From positions 20,274,001 to 20,338,000 of the forward strand of contig CM120645.1 in assembly GCA_051362555.1 (NCBI GenBank): 64,000 nt of DNA. The letters run 5' to 3'. The stretch comes from Lingula anatina (Eukaryota; Animalia; Brachiopoda). This document shows, piece after piece, positions 45,271 through 60,094 of the stretch (the stretch's first letter is position 1; every line of letters begins with the position of its first letter). A program made the translations under genes and the position numbers. The notes under the pieces were generated by a model. The model searched no databases, was not told the DNA's origin, and saw nothing but the letters and a program-made list of their open reading frames with translations.

Positions 45271-48200
45271 TTTCAGTACTAGGGCATTTTAATCATGACT
45301 ATGAGCTTACAAATATATATATTTAAAAAATGTGTTATAAAGGAAGTAATGATTATGACTTCAATGTGATAAAAGATACATTATTGATATCATAGTGGTA
45401 ACAGCCCAGAAAATATGATTACCACTTTATTCTCTCTCAGAAGATACACTGATTTACAAAATGATGTGAAGGAAATGACAATTTTAATGAACACAGTATT
45501 GATAGAAAAATCCAATTTGAATGTTAATTTGAATGTCAAAAAATTGTTTATGATTAGGAAGTTTTGAAAAATTTGTTAAAGTTTATTTTTGTTTCAGATC
45601 TTCATGAAAAGTTAGTTGCCAAAGACAAAGCCAATAAACACACAAGTTATATATCAGGTGAGACTTCTGCAAATAATTAAATTATGAGATAAAACTCTGT
45701 GCAGGTATGATAGGCTAAACTATAGAGGTACTTTAACTTCTCCATCATAGTTCTTGTTTTAAGACAGATTTTTTTTTAAAAAAAGGAAAAGTAATCATGA
45801 TGTTTTTTGCAATTTTTAAAGAAATTTTAAAACCACAGAAAAGAAACATAAGAGAGAAAACAAAGTAAAAAAACAAGAAAACATTGAAAAAAGTATGCTC
45901 AACTATACCTGAACATTTAAATTGATCTTTTAGAGCCTTGGTTTGACATGTACCTGAAGGCGAGAGTCCCCATAGTGCTGAACTTTAACCCCTTCATGAC
46001 CTTCAATGATGACCCCAAGGAGGGCTACAATCAACAGGTACCACTGGTCCACTGCACTGTGTTGTGCGCTGTAGTCTTCTGTACTGAAATGTTTTGTCTT
46101 ACATTACATTACATTACATTACAATATACTGCACAATCTTGACATAACATGCACCTAAATGTTATTAATTATGATTTTTTTTAAATTTTGAAAGCATACT
46201 TGTGTGGTATTTATCTCCTGGCTTGTAATTCTATTATCTATTAACAGTTGTCGTATTTATAAATTAATTAATTTATTTATTTATTTCCAGTTGATCAGAT
46301 CCACAAACATGGTTGTGGCCTCCATGATGTTTATGAAGACGCTGAGAGCTGGTTATCTAGATCCAGATGTTTACCACCTTAATCCTAAGAAAAGTGACAC
46401 TGAGAGTTTTAGGAAAATTATGAAGTGGGTTTCTAATAAATTTTTCTGACTAATTTAATTATTATACTATTTATCTCCATGTTGAATCTGTCAGATTCAG
46501 TGGCCTTACAGTGGATTAAAATTGATTAATTCTAAGTTTAGTGTTTTATTTGATGGCAAATACAGTTAAGTAATCATTAGCTTAAAAGTATTTTTACATG
46601 GAAATTGAAGTCAGTAATTTGTTAATTGAAGTTTGCAAAATTACTTCTTTTCTTTCTGTGATCAAAAAAGAATAAAAAAGACTGAAATAAGCAGAAAAAA
46701 AATATCAGATATAAGGTACAATGCTATCCCTTTATATTTCACATGTCATGTATACTGTAATACATAATTGATCATTTTAGGTATATTCCCAATAAGTTCA
46801 GATGGTATGGAGCCTATGCCTATAAAGCTTTTCCCTTGGACATGAGTCAATATCCAAGACTCTTCAACTCCACAAGGATTCCCAGGTAAACTTCTTTTAC
46901 ACAACATCTGTAACAAGAGACTAGTGAAATCCTAAAATTGTGTGGTGTTAGCTTGTCAACAACATCAGCTTAACATCTGAATTAAACCTGCTATCGAAAA
47001 CAACTATAAGATATAATTTTTTCACACTGTAACAGGTAGTTTTTCGTACTTAATGAGTAATACTGACATCATGAAAATGATTCGTATTTTTTTGTTAAAA
47101 CTCACATTAATTTTAATTATTCAAATATTTGCTTAGAATTCAATTTGTTATTTTGTATTATTATTATTATTATTCAACTATTTCAGACTAGGCAAAGATG
47201 AACTTTTCACAGACACCACAGCCAGACACTTACTAGTCATAAGGAATGGCCACATGTACACATTTGATGTCTTGGACAAAAATGGTAAATAAAGTTCAGC
47301 ATAGGCAGAGGCACTGCCTGGCTGACTCCTGCATTAAGTAGATAGCAGTAGTGAATGTAGATTATTGTGGGCATTTTAGTGCTGCCAATGGGGGCAAAAA
47401 GTGTGTGTGATTTATTTTTTTACTCATAAAAAAAAACATTTATTTTGAACCTAAAATCTAACTTTGTTCAGTAGACTTTACCATGCAAGTTGAATAAAGA
47501 ATAAAAAGGCTATTAAAAGAATTGATTAAAACAGAAAAATTGCTGAAAACAAATAAATTGTAGAAGTTAAAAAAAATATTGCTTACAACTCTGTCTTTTA
47601 ACAGTCGTTTATAAAAATTCCATTCTTAAATTTTTGGAAATAGATAAGTCTAGAGGTCCTTTTCAAAATTAGCCAGAGAGGCTATCCTACATAGTGGAAA
47701 TAAATTCCATTTCCTTAAGTGCAGGAATTGTCACCATATGTGACAAGTCTATCTTAACATCCATTTGTTCATTCATTCATTCATTCATTCATGTATTCAT
47801 TTATTTGTCATTTGTTCCAGGTATGATAGTGTCACCCACAGAGATCATGTCACACCTGCAGTACATCCTCAGTGACACCCGCCCCCCACCAGACTACCCC
47901 CTGGGGTATCTGACAGCAGAGAACAGGGACACTTGGGCTGTGGTCAGGGACAAGTTGTTAGATGCAGGTAAACTGGGTCTGATATATGGTGACAAAAGGT
48001 TTTTGTTGTATTTTGTGTAGTGATAGTGAGTTAGGGAGAATTCCCATAAACCTATCGTACTAGCTGGTTTGATCTCACTCTGGGGGGGGGGGGGGGGGTT
48101 CTTGCTAAATTGCATTAATTTTCAGCAGTTTTGATGTCTGGCACATCTAGTCAAGCTGCATGGGGTAATTAACGATAATCATTATTTCCCCCTAGTTACT

Positions 48201-51200
48201 CAAGGGGGCGTGCCAGACAATTAAGCTGATTACACTGAAAGCACTTTAGCGAGAGGCCCTTCAGAGTTAGATTGAACCAGTTAGTACAATTGGTTTATGG
48301 GTATGCAGTCTTAAAGTTATAGATTTAAATTGTTTTTTACAAGATTTAACATGTGTTCTACCTGTGAAGTGTCGCTTAAAGACCATTCATCTGAAGGCCT
48401 TGATCACAAGGCTGACTACCTGGACAATAATTCCTGTCACAGGCACACACCAAATATTATTAGAATTAAAGCCGAGCCAGGCAAAATGTGCTTAATTGTT
48501 CACTGACTGAACTCTGTTTCCTAGACTTTTGTGTCCTGAAGGGTCAGTAGACTAAAAAGTTTAGGACACAGTTTGATTTTCTTAATTTCAAATGGGTGAA
48601 AAATTTCAGGTAACACAGAACAGCTGAAAATGGTGGACAGTGCAGTGTTTGCCTTGATTCTAGATGATGACATTCCAAAGGACCCCATTGAAGTCTCTAG
48701 GCTGCATCTACATGGGAATGGGGCCAATAGGTAGGAGCACAACTTCAATAGATTTCCCTATATCTCAGGGTTCATGGATTAAACTTGAGATATCTTCTGA
48801 TGGTTTTATGATATTGTTACAGAAAGATGGACTTAATATGCTCTGAATTGAAACACAATATTTCCTTTAAAAAGATTCTTTTTTCAAAAATAAGGGGATT
48901 TATTTTGTCACCTGTAAACTTGTGTAAATATTAATTTTACATGTTAACAGTGCACAAAGAAATTACTTCATTGTTTATGTGTACTGTGACCATATCCATT
49001 ATTGATTTGTGAGTTCACATGGTTACTTAAAATGTGATCGTTAAATATACTTGCCTCTCCATTTTGATATTTCAGTATTTCATTAACATCCCAAAGAATT
49101 CCTTTACTTCAGGTGGTTTGATAAATCCTTCTCCCTTATAATGACAAAGGATGGTAAAACTTGTGTCAATTTTGAGCATGCCTGGGGCGATGGTGTTGCT
49201 GTACTAAGATATTTTAATGAAGTATTTAAACTGACAACAGAGAAACCATTTGTGCATCCCGACACACAGCCAGCTAGCGTGGATTCTGCGGCAGCAGTGA
49301 AAAAGATAGGTAGGTGCAGAAAAGTTCAAAATGTATTTTAAGATGAAGAGACATTATGTTCAGAACTTAGAAAAAGATAGGAAGACTAACATTTTAATTA
49401 CATATTACAAAGGGTCTTCTGATTGTACAAAGGTGCATGCCTTAACATGTTGAATTGTGACTTTATGAAATAAATATTCCCACTGGATATGTATTTTTCA
49501 TTTGTCAATGACACATTTTATTTTGATAGATAATTATTCATAATTTATTTTCTTCTTCAGCAGTACCAAGTTGATTGATTGATTTATGGCTGCTTTTTCT
49601 TATTTTTTTCTTTTTCATATTAACACAGCAGTACCAAGTTGGTTGATTGATTTATGAATGAATTAAGAATGTGCTCCTTGCTTGCTGTTTCAGAATTCCA
49701 CCTAGGTGATAACTTAAAGCAAGCGATCAGTGAGGCTAAGAGCCGGTTTGACCACCTGGTCAACTCTCTGGACCTTGGATTCACCACCACGGAGAAATTT
49801 GGGAAAAATTTAATCAAGGAGAAGAAGCTCAGCCCTGATGCTATCATGCAACTCTCATTTCAGGTTTGTGAAGTAGCAGACTGGGGTAAATTTTACCTCT
49901 GTTCAAACCCAAAAGTTGCCTAAATCAGGATTAAAATTAGGTTTTTTTTCTTTGTTTAAACTGGAGTACTTTACTTGCCTGTTTACACACAGAAATTGCC
50001 CAATTAAAAAGTTTTAACTGTTCAAAGTTTTAACTGTTTTAAAAAATGAAAAGTTTTGAGTGTGGGCATATTAAACCTGGCAATTTGAACTTACATACTC
50101 CTGTATCATCTGATTTATTGATTTGAACTAAATTGTAGACTCATCAAAACTTGCCACCTTGTAATTTTGAGCCAGTGGACTACCATTATAAAAGTATCAG
50201 AAAAGGAAGTAAACGGATAATTTTGCTCATTAGGTTAAGACCAATTCTTTGGCTATAGTTCTTTTATGCAACTGGCCCTTGATTGCCCAAACCCCAGTAT
50301 TGAACTACATGTACTAGCTTTAAAATTGGTCAATATCCTTTTACTAAAATGATTTACTTTCCTAATTATAGATGGCCTTCTACAAGCAATATGGCAAGAC
50401 AGTACCAACATACGAGTCGTGCAGCACAGCCGCGTTTAAGCACGGGCGCACGGAGACGATACGGTCAGCAACCATGGCAACAAAGAAGACTTGTGAGATG
50501 TTCGAGAGGACTGGCAACAGGCCAAGTGTCAGCGAGCTGCAGGGAATGCTGAAGGCGTGTTCAGACAAGCACGGACAACTGACCAAGGAGGCAGCCATGG
50601 GTAAGGACTGGGTTTGAATGGTGAGAGATGGAGACTGGAGTTAGAGCAGGTGGAAACAGATGTGTTTGTCAAATTTCTGAGTTAGGGAATGTAATTTAGA
50701 AAGATAGAGAGAGAAAGACAGATTGGAGTGAGAAATTGTTATATAATAGTATCATTGTATTGGACCAGGTAAAATACTTTGGTGTAATTTAAGTCAGTTA
50801 AGAAATGTAGTATAATTATTCAAAAGGAAGAGAGAGAGAGAGAGCATGAAATTTAAAGTTTCTATTTAGTTGGGGACTGTCAGCTAATATATATCTCTGC
50901 CTTAAAGGGATAATAACTCTTTGTATGAGATCTATATTTCACAATAAAAACATTGTGAATAACTCATAGAAATATATTCTGTTTTACCACAAAAACGGCA
51001 GTTATAGCTATTATTCTGATATCTGAGCTTGTCTTTAGACCACGTGACCTCCATTGATGGCCATAGTCTGTTAAAATCTCTTAAGAGATTTTAACAAAAA
51101 ATCAAACTTTTTAGAAAAAAAACAGGGACTAACTTTGAATGTAAAAATGGATTCATTAACCATTGGTAAGTATGGGAAAATTGTTGTTTACTCCAGGAAA

Positions 51201-53018
51201 ATTAATTTTTTGGCCGAAACGAAGAGTTATTATCCCTTTAAGCTTGGATACACAAATATATTTACAAAACCTTCAAATTTTATAACCCATAGGTAGTTAT
51301 AAGTAAGACTCAGACGACAGATAGAGACCATTTTTTACCAAATGAAAAATAGATGTGTGTGCAAGAACAAGCAGTCATCTTGCTTAGAATAAGGAACACT
51401 GCTAAAGCCTATTTTACATTTGTAAAAAAGTATTCCATATTGTTATGTCTTTTCAACAAGCACTATTTTAGGTTTTTACCAGCTTTTGTAGGCCACCACT
51501 ACAGGTGCTAATATTTTGTAATACAATGTAGATACCTTTATAGTGGTAGTAAACAGTGTATGCAAACACTTGTAAATTGTAATCATTTATACTGGTTCAT
51601 TCAGCATGGCTAAATATCACACCGAGCTTCTTTTTTTAATCACCATAATATTTATATATTTACATGAAATATATTTTGTCATTTATGGCTGAGGAGGAAA
51701 CTGAAGAAAAACAAATGAGATCAGATAAAACATAACAGATGAAACAATTACAGTAATGAAAACAAAGTCTGTTTTTGTAAAATAAAAATAGTTAAAATAA
51801 TAAAATAAATAAAAAAGTAAGAAAAAACCATGCTTGACAAGAGTCTTTCTTACTGGCAATTTTTAGTAAGGAGACATGTTTCAAAAACTGTACAAAGTCA
51901 AAGATACAGTGATAATTTGAAACAAATATTGAAAAATATTTCATTGGCCAGTTTGAAAGTTATTTATTTTAAGAATTTTAATAGAAAAATGTATTCTTGT
52001 TATAAAGAAATTTTTAATGATTTCTGCACAGTTTGGGATTTGCATGTACATTAAAGAAACATTACAAACACTTCCTCAAGAGATATTTCACAATCCATGT
52101 ATAAATCAGTGTGATTAAATTTCGAGGGGTTAAAGAGGAAGTTGAGCAAGTTTATAAGGAATGAAAGGTGAAAGACTTCTACCACTGCTACCCTGAGTTT
52201 CCTGTTTTTATATCAACATGGCTCTGCCATTTCCATTGTCCTCTGAAATTCAGGGTGCCTTTTCACAAACAGAGTGGTAATCATTGGTTGCTGCCAGGGC
52301 GACTTCATCATTCATCTCTTAAAAAGATTCAATCTCATTTTTATCTCATTTTTGTCTCATTCAGGCGAGGGTTTTGACAGACATCTCTTTGGGCTAAAAC
52401 ACATAGCAGAAACAGAAGGCATGCCCCTCCCAGAATTGTACACAGACCCTGCCTACTCCTACATCAACCACATCATTCTGTCCACCTCCACACTGAGCAG
52501 CCCAGCTGTGCTACTGGGGGGATTTGCTCCCGTTGTACCTGATGGGTTTGGAGTGGGTGAGTACCTTGTTGCCTGGTGTTTTTTAATGGGTTCGGAATGG
52601 GTTAGGGATTGCTTATTCAGTTTTTTTTTTTAATTTTGTTGTTCATTTTTATGTTAGGTTATTTATTTGTAATTATGTGATGATTTGTGGTGGGTTATTA
52701 AGGGAATTTTTTTTTAAATTGAGTTTCTTTCTGTAGAGTTAGTCTTTTTTTAGACACCTCCTGTAATTTGACAGGTGAGCAGTATGGAAATGGATTTTGA
52801 TCAATATGATAAATAAATGAATCCCAATTGGTGTATAAGTATAATTACATTATATTATGTTTGTTATATTTTTAGGGTATGGTGTCCAGGATGATTCGCT
52901 GGGATGTAATGTGACTTCTTATCCTCCCGCGAGAGATGTACAGGAGTTTCTACGGTGTGTTAAACAAAGTTTTGATGACATATACGAAGTTCTAAATGAT
53001 AGAGACCCAAAGAAATGA
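43745..53018 (+). CDS. CPT2: Carnitine O-palmitoyltransferase 2, mitochondrial, 15 exons, ~673 aa
   Basis: Exons 43745-43819, 44488-44528, 44990-45195, 45598-45657, 45934-46037, 46291-46424, 46781-46885, 47187-47284, 47821-47967, 48610-48730, 49113-49309, 49694-49863, 50372-50600, 52365-52556, 52876-53018 total 2022 nt. [10 protein letters not shown], catalytic [33 protein letters not shown]. The first two exons (targeting peptide) are less certain. Confidence 0.93.
48040..48303. mobile_element. MITE-like family 1 copy d, degenerate (CPT2 intron)
   Basis: Inverted ends cccataaacc / ggtttatggg; internal ggggtaattaac and gcactttagcg..gagttag. Confidence 0.5.
50906..51237. mobile_element. Kolobok-like MITE with TTAA target-site duplication
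   Basis: TTAA|AGGGATAATAACTCTT ... AAGAGTTATTATCCCT|TTAA: a perfect 16-bp TIR with purine-purine termini. Confidence 0.8.
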
Positions 53019-53680
53019 GCTAAAAAACTTAAAACATTGTGGAAAACTTATCAGAAAACATATTTTTTTATTAGATGGCACAAGGATGAAATGAGTCCAA
53101 TGGAACTCACAGTTATAAAGAAGATTGTCACTGGTTGTACCAGAGGTGGATTTGAACTTTTTTAATAAGAAAGATATTACTAGATTTAACGATGCTAATG
53201 TACATTGTATTACTCACCTGATCATTTGTTACACAAGGTTGAGTTTTCACACCTAGAACTTCAGGTCCAGTGCCTGCCAGCTTTTTCATTTTCAAATCTC
53301 CATATGTACCTGTCTATTGGACCCTTACTGTCAGCATGCAGCTAATTTCATTGAATTTTACCATACCTCAGATGTACATTCAGTCATCAAGTAATGTGGT
53401 TACAAAGATCCTTCTAACATCTGAAATTTGCGCAGTGAACCTCAACCAAATGTCCGTGAAGTTAAAAAATGACAAGGGGCACGTGTGGAAATTTGAAAAC
53501 AAAAAGTAAATAATAAAAAATAAAAAAAACTGGTCTTAGTCGGGACCAAAACTCAGGCTAGAACTGTAGAACATGGGTAGCTTTTCAATTGTAAGAGTTG
53601 GATAATCAAAAGCTTGCTGTTTGAAGCAAGAGAAGCTCTGCAAAGAGGACATCTGGAGGTAAAAACGTGATTTTTATTAA

Positions 53681-53810
53681 CCCTTTACCAGGGCGACAGT
53701 TTGATTTTTCACAAGATATTCACAGATATGTCTTTAGATAAATAGACAGTGATTTGGTTCTCTGTCAGTTTTTAAATATTTGTCTATAATATCTACATCC
53801 TGGTAGAGGG
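53681..53810. mobile_element. Short MITE family 2 copy (piggyBac-like TTAA-CCC end) downstream of the CPT2 stop
   Basis: TTAA|ccctttaccagg ... cctggtagaggg|TAA; same internal motif as 7664-7800. Confidence 0.65.
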
Positions 53811-56535
53811 TAATTTTTATGGAACTTGCACTGGGTTAACTTTTTTTGTGTGAATAAAGTATATTGAAGGTATCATACATTCAAATACTGTAGAATATTT
53901 AATGGGTACATTAAATGTATCAGCATTCCAATTTTTCACTTGATTATCATATGAATACATATTTCAACATAGACCAGATGTTGTGTTCACATATGTTTGG
54001 ATGTATGTTTGCTAGTCTCAGAATATGAAAATACTTCACAGTGTATCGATTTATTTCAACTGGACATTTCTCGTATTAACATATTTTACAGTGTTTGACA
54101 TTTTAATTGACAGAAGGGTGAAGTATTAGAGGAAAAATGGGAACAAACTTTTTGTGACTCCAGATTTTGTAATATGAAACACCAAATATAGAAACACAAA
54201 ATATAGATAATTCAAAATTTAGAATTATAAAAATAATTAATACTGTTACAGTTACAGCACAGCATGCAAAACTCTCAGATTTTAGTGTTACTAATAAACA
54301 TGATGCAATGATATTATGAGCCTCAGTGTAAAATTACATTTTAAGCCTTCTTGGAAAACAGTTACTATTTGACTTCGGCTGTTCATTGTGTTAATAAATC
54401 ATTCACTTTTTTTATAATATTTTTGTTTCACTCATTAGTCATTATATTTTATATTTCATTCAATTTTAACTGGATTTTTTGTTTCATTTTTGTTCGTTTT
54501 CACACCTTGTTTGCAACTGCCACTACTTAAAAATAACAGCAACCACTTAGTTGACCCAAGCTCTTGCCGATTACGTGTAAGATTACACATTAAACATTGA
54601 AAACTGCAGCGTCATCCTGGTCCAGATGGGTATTAATATTGTGAAATTTGGCCTCTATTCTGGTTGCTATTTTGGTTACTATTTGCTAAGACCGTTGTAC
54701 ATACTATGGGTACTTGGCCGCAAAAAGTCGTTTTGACCAAACGGTGTTATTATATGGATTATGTGTGGATGGCATTAGTTGAATGATTGATTGCACTTTG
54801 TCAGTGTTGATTGCATGGCTATACTTTGAACCCATGCTGACATGAGCGGGTCATCTTGCATTTCGTCTGACAGTGAAAACCAAGGAGTTTCACACAATTC
54901 TTTGGTCAAACCTAGGTCCCAGTTTACTGTTTACTGGATCATAAATCATACTAACTATATCTACTATTGAAAGATTAACCCTCTCCCATCGTTCTGAGGC
55001 GTAATATTTCGAAACGAAAATATGTGCAACATTCATACAGAAGAAGACTCGATTACTATATTTACGATTTCAAAAAGCGAAAAGCTTGGAAGAAACTGTT
55101 CTTTGCAAATCTGAATAAACGAGTCATATTTGTCGAAATTATTGAACCGCTTAACGATATGGAGTACTTGTAAGAGATGGGCAGATACAGCTTCAGTGTT
55201 TGATCAGTGTACAATTGGTTTCATAGGTACTTGTACAATGCCATCACCTATGTGATGAAATCACTTCAGTGATTGAATAAATCATTAATATTGAACGCGT
55301 GTCGGATGTTCTTCAGTATCTCTATGTAGCGTGTGAAATTAATTGTGCAGTTTCTGTTTGGTTCTCACCGATGCTTTCACTCCTAGAACAAGTCTCAGAT
55401 TTCTGGTTCAAAACATTGAATATTAGTTAAATTCCTAGAAAAAAAGCTCTGGCGTTTGTTATTATTTGATTTTATTTGTCTTAACGGTGAATTGTTGAGG
55501 TTTCAATCCACTCGGTGAATTGCTTCGCAAATTGGACTTATTAGAGGTACTTACTGCTTTTAATCTGATCGATTGTGACTTTCCACGTAAAACAAACAAA
55601 CAAACAAACAAACAAAAATAACTTCAATTTGTAAATTTAGATGCATTTTTTTATCATCTAAATACTATTTACCTTAGCTTTTCAAGAAAACTCTAAAAAG
55701 TTTGATGGGAGACACGTACCGAAGTGGCAGAAAATTCTAGGACGCTGGCATCTGAGAGACAAGTGTCTGATTTATTTCACGCGACAGTCACGGGTGTTTG
55801 TCTTCATTTTAAATGACTGGGACTCCAACAATTTCAGCAAACATCGTTGTACCATCTCTATGTCTTCTCCCATACATTTGGAATGCCATGTAACCTTGTG
55901 TCCTTTCAACCATTACGTGCAACCCTTAATGTAAACAAAAAGGGTGTTTTAATGAACTTCCAAATTACCAAGCACAGTGTGCCTCGCGTACTATGTGTTT
56001 AAGCAGTTCAAGGCTTGGAGATAAGAAAAAGTAAACAGAAACGCCAACGCGCGCGCGCTAAGCCGGTTTGAAACCCTTGGGAACGTGAAAGGCCGGACGC
56101 TACTTCTGAGCACAAGGAGTTGTGCGTGCTAGTGGAGCATTAAAATGCAGTTATGAAATACCTGTTAATGCGCGTTGACAGTTATATAAGCAAACAACTG
56201 CGTACCTGCATAGTGGCTCGTAGGCCCAGAGTTAAAGACAAGACAACGACAAATTCGAACGGATATCGTTATATTGCGCATTTTCGACCCGAACAGAACT
56301 ACAAGAACAGACACGGATAGATTTGTAGTCACAATGCACGTAATGTACACCCTGAAGTTCTGAGAAACTAAGGAGAAAAAATAAACAATCAATGATAAGT
56401 CTGTTTCTGTGTAAATTCCAAGGACCCTCATAAATATACGGGGAATAATAAATATTGGATTAACGTCATAATTCAGCCAGCGATTTCACGTGGATCTGGA
56501 AATCATTATCACTGAATTAAAATTCACTTCAACAA

Positions 56536-59500
56536 ATGTCGTTGGTATACACATTCAAACGCTTCTGGTCATTCCTGCGCTTGGACGAATTGGTCAGCGC
56601 TGCCCTGTCCGGAGACGATGACTGGGATTACAGCGAGGAACCCCACACCTCCAGACGCTCAGAAATTCTCCGCAAACACCCGGAAATCAAACGCCTGATG
56701 GGGTACGATCCCTTCATCGCGTACGTTCTAGCCTTCGAGGTTTCCCTGCAATTGTTTATGGCATGGTGCGTGCGGGATTCCCCGTGGTGGTTGGTGGTTC
56801 TCCTGGCCTACTGTGTTGGGGCGTTTGTGAACCATTCGTGTGGGACAGCTATCCATGAAATTGGCCATAATTTGGCCTTTGGACACTCAAGGCCTATTCT
56901 GAATAGACTACTGGGGATGTTTGCCAATTTACCGCTAGCGGTCCCTTTTTCTGTGACATACAAGAAATATCACTCCGATCATCACAGGTGAGTTTTTTTT
57001 CTTTTTCTTTTTTTTTTTTTTAACCCCCAATTGAAAGTTTTCTTATATTTAACTTTTGTTTTATAATTGAAATGTTTTGTAGGTATTCTTTCCTTGATAC
57101 AGACTATCCCAGAAAACTTAAGTAGGCTTATACTCAAACCTATCTCTCACGAATTGTGATCTAATTGGAAAATAATCTGCTTTGTTGTGTAGAAAACAGA
57201 TAATATTGCATTTTGAAAGGGATGTACACTGTACGTGTTCAGTCATATATCACTCAGTAGAATGAGAGCACGTGTGTTTGTATAAATTCCCAGCTTGGGC
57301 CACTTTGTCAAAATATTGCATCAATTCTATTTAGTTAACTTCACACGTAATGGCAATTAATTAAAGCCGGTTTTATTGGGAGCCGCACGCTCGTTTATGA
57401 TTATGATTATGAGAGCGTTTATGAGAGCTGAAGAGGAGATATCTGCACTCACGTACATAATGTATATATGAAAATCAGACTAATAGGAATGACAAGCCGT
57501 GCTACGTGTTATTGCTACAGCATAGGGGCGTGCTACAAAAGGATGATTTATATATATGCTACACTATGATATTTTTATAAAGTGCCATTGAATTAATAGA
57601 CAGCGTGTTTATATTAAGGCTGGTAATTTTTGATTAAAAAAATTGTAAGCAAAATGAGTGTTTGGAGACCGGTGTAACGTGACAGAGAGTCCCCCATAAC
57701 AGAGAGTCCTCTTCCCATTCATTTGTACAGGTCAGCCTCGCCCTAGATTTTGACCCACTTAGGTCAGACTGACCCTAACCATTATAACTATATGGAGGGC
57801 CGGCTTTCTGTTACACGGACCCTTAGTTTCGTGACGCTGGGATGGAAAGAAGTGGTGAAGGGATAGTTTCCACATTCATTCTACTATAGATTATTTGCGA
57901 CAACACGTTTAAAACGTCTTAACCCTTATGTCCCATTTTTTTCAGCAAAGCATTTATCAGTCGTCCTCAAAGTTTCCATGGTAACCAGATCATTACATCC
58001 CGTATAACTCTATCTCTGTGGCAATTGCTGCTTGTCAAAACGTTGAACGTTTTTACGTTCCTACTACTTAATACACTGGCTGCTCACGCATTTACTCTTT
58101 CTTATTCAATTTTATTAATTTAATCAATATATTTATTTTTTAATTCATTAATGTTGTTTTTGGTTTTGTTGTTGTTGTTGCTGCTGTGGTGTTGCTGTTG
58201 TTATTATCAGTAAATTGTTTGGGTTCTAGAAGAAGAAAACATAGTTTCCCAGTGCAAGCGATGCTAGTTTCTTCAAGGGCGCAATGTAGAATGCGTGTAT
58301 TGGAATGGTAGTATTTTGGCTGGTAGTCAATGCATTCTCTGTACTGTTATTTGCGAGCTTAAGGCTTCGTTCACATGCAATGTCTATTTTCTAAATTCTA
58401 TTTTCTAAATTCTATTTTCTATTCGCGCTATCTTATGATCACGGTCTGTGCCCTGAATATCCCGCCGCGTAATTACTGGCAGCGCGAGCCAGTTACTTAT
58501 AGTAACTTATAGTAACTGGCTCGCGCTGCCAGTAATTACGCCGCGGGACATTAAGGGCACAGAGCGTGATCATAAGACATACCGCGAATAGAAAATAGAA
58601 TTTAGAAAATAGACATTGCATGTGAACGAAGCCTTAGTCTAATGTTTGGCGAGTTTTGTAATCAAATACACACTTAGTGCATGGTTTAATGGGGATTATG
58701 TAAGATATGTTTGCTATTTAACCGATATGTTTATGTGCTCATCTGAGGTCGCTACTACCAGTGCCACGAGTTGAAAATGTTGCACTTTTTTCTTAATATA
58801 ATTATTTGCTAAACAAATATTCATTCGAATGTTAACTGTTACTCAGTCAGCCGGTAATTATGTGGTGGGCTTTTCTTGATTCGCACAACGTTCAGAAATA
58901 TAAGCAAATGGAAAATCTGTCTATGAGGTTTGCACAATTTTGTCGTTTGTATGTTACAATTTTGCCTGTAAGGTCAACTGTTTTCCAACACCGACGTAAA
59001 TGTTAAGTTGCTCCTCAAAGATATTAATATTTTGACTCTCTGAGTTTTCCAAAATGATTATGATGGAAGAAATTTAAATATTCTACCCTCAAACAGAATA
59101 GAAAAATGAAAAATTGAAAAGTTTTTTAAAAGATATAACTAATAGATATAAGAGAAACAAAAGTCATTTTCAAATAAAAACCGGGATTCAGATGGAGTTT
59201 CTTGCTTCCTGACCACCTATCTATTCTAAATCATAAAAATTTGTTGGGAACTTTTTGAGATATTTCGTCCAGATGGAAACATCATCTTCTACGCTGCCGG
59301 AGGTAACTATAAGGGGGAACGTAAAAAGCAAATAAGATAAACGAAAAAATATCGGTAGTCCATCGCAGGACTCGTTTCAACCCCCCTCTCCCCCACCCCA
59401 CCCCAAACTTCACCCCCACACAGAAAACTGACGGTTTTGTATTCTCATAGTAATATAGCAACTAATTCATTCGAAACTCGGCCCTGGGAATCATGATAGC

Positions 59501-59855
59501 GCTATAATATATATATACTCCACAGGGGATCAATAGGATTTATTGATTTCTAGCCGCAATCTGATCGATTGTGCAAACAAGGCAGCATGTTGGAGGACAC
59601 TTCAAGCTTTCTGGAAAATGCGGGGGATAAGGAAGAACAATTCCCTTCTAATTTGAGTGCATTTTAAATGAAAGGCCCCATTGTAGTAATACCCGTAGAG
59701 GCATAATATGAGGATGGGATTTGTAACGAAAAATTACCAGCTCCAAATGATCTGATCGCATCTGTATGGGTTACTTGGATACATGTTTGTCTTGCTATTT
59801 ACTCTGAAGCCTCTCTCACTCTCTCACTAATTCACCCGCTCACACACCCAAGCAT

Positions 59856-59892
<37 letters not shown>

Positions 59893-60055
59893 AAAGCGGA
59901 TCAAGGGGCAAAACAGTAGGCCTACAACAAGCGCACAGAAAGAAGTTTTTTTTCGTTGTTCCTTATGTATAATGGTAAAACTGTAGTAGCCATAGTCTAA
60001 TTTTTGCCCGGCAAAGCAACCAAAGACATTTTAATTCAATAGCAAAATCCTGTAA

Positions 60056-60094
<39 letters not shown>

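Noticed and set aside
49558-49657. ~30-bp direct repeat pair (cagcagtaccaagtt..gattgatttatg), superficially CRISPR-like
   Set aside because: Only two copies in a eukaryotic intron; a simple local duplication.
57670-57840. Imperfect inverted repeat, possible MITE
   Set aside because: Too degenerate to define termini or a TSD, and no second copy in the window.
59130-59310. Fragment resembling Helentron/HINE-type repeats (also hairpins at ~25725 and ~26425)
   Set aside because: Resemblance is from memory only; boundaries cannot be supported from the sequence.
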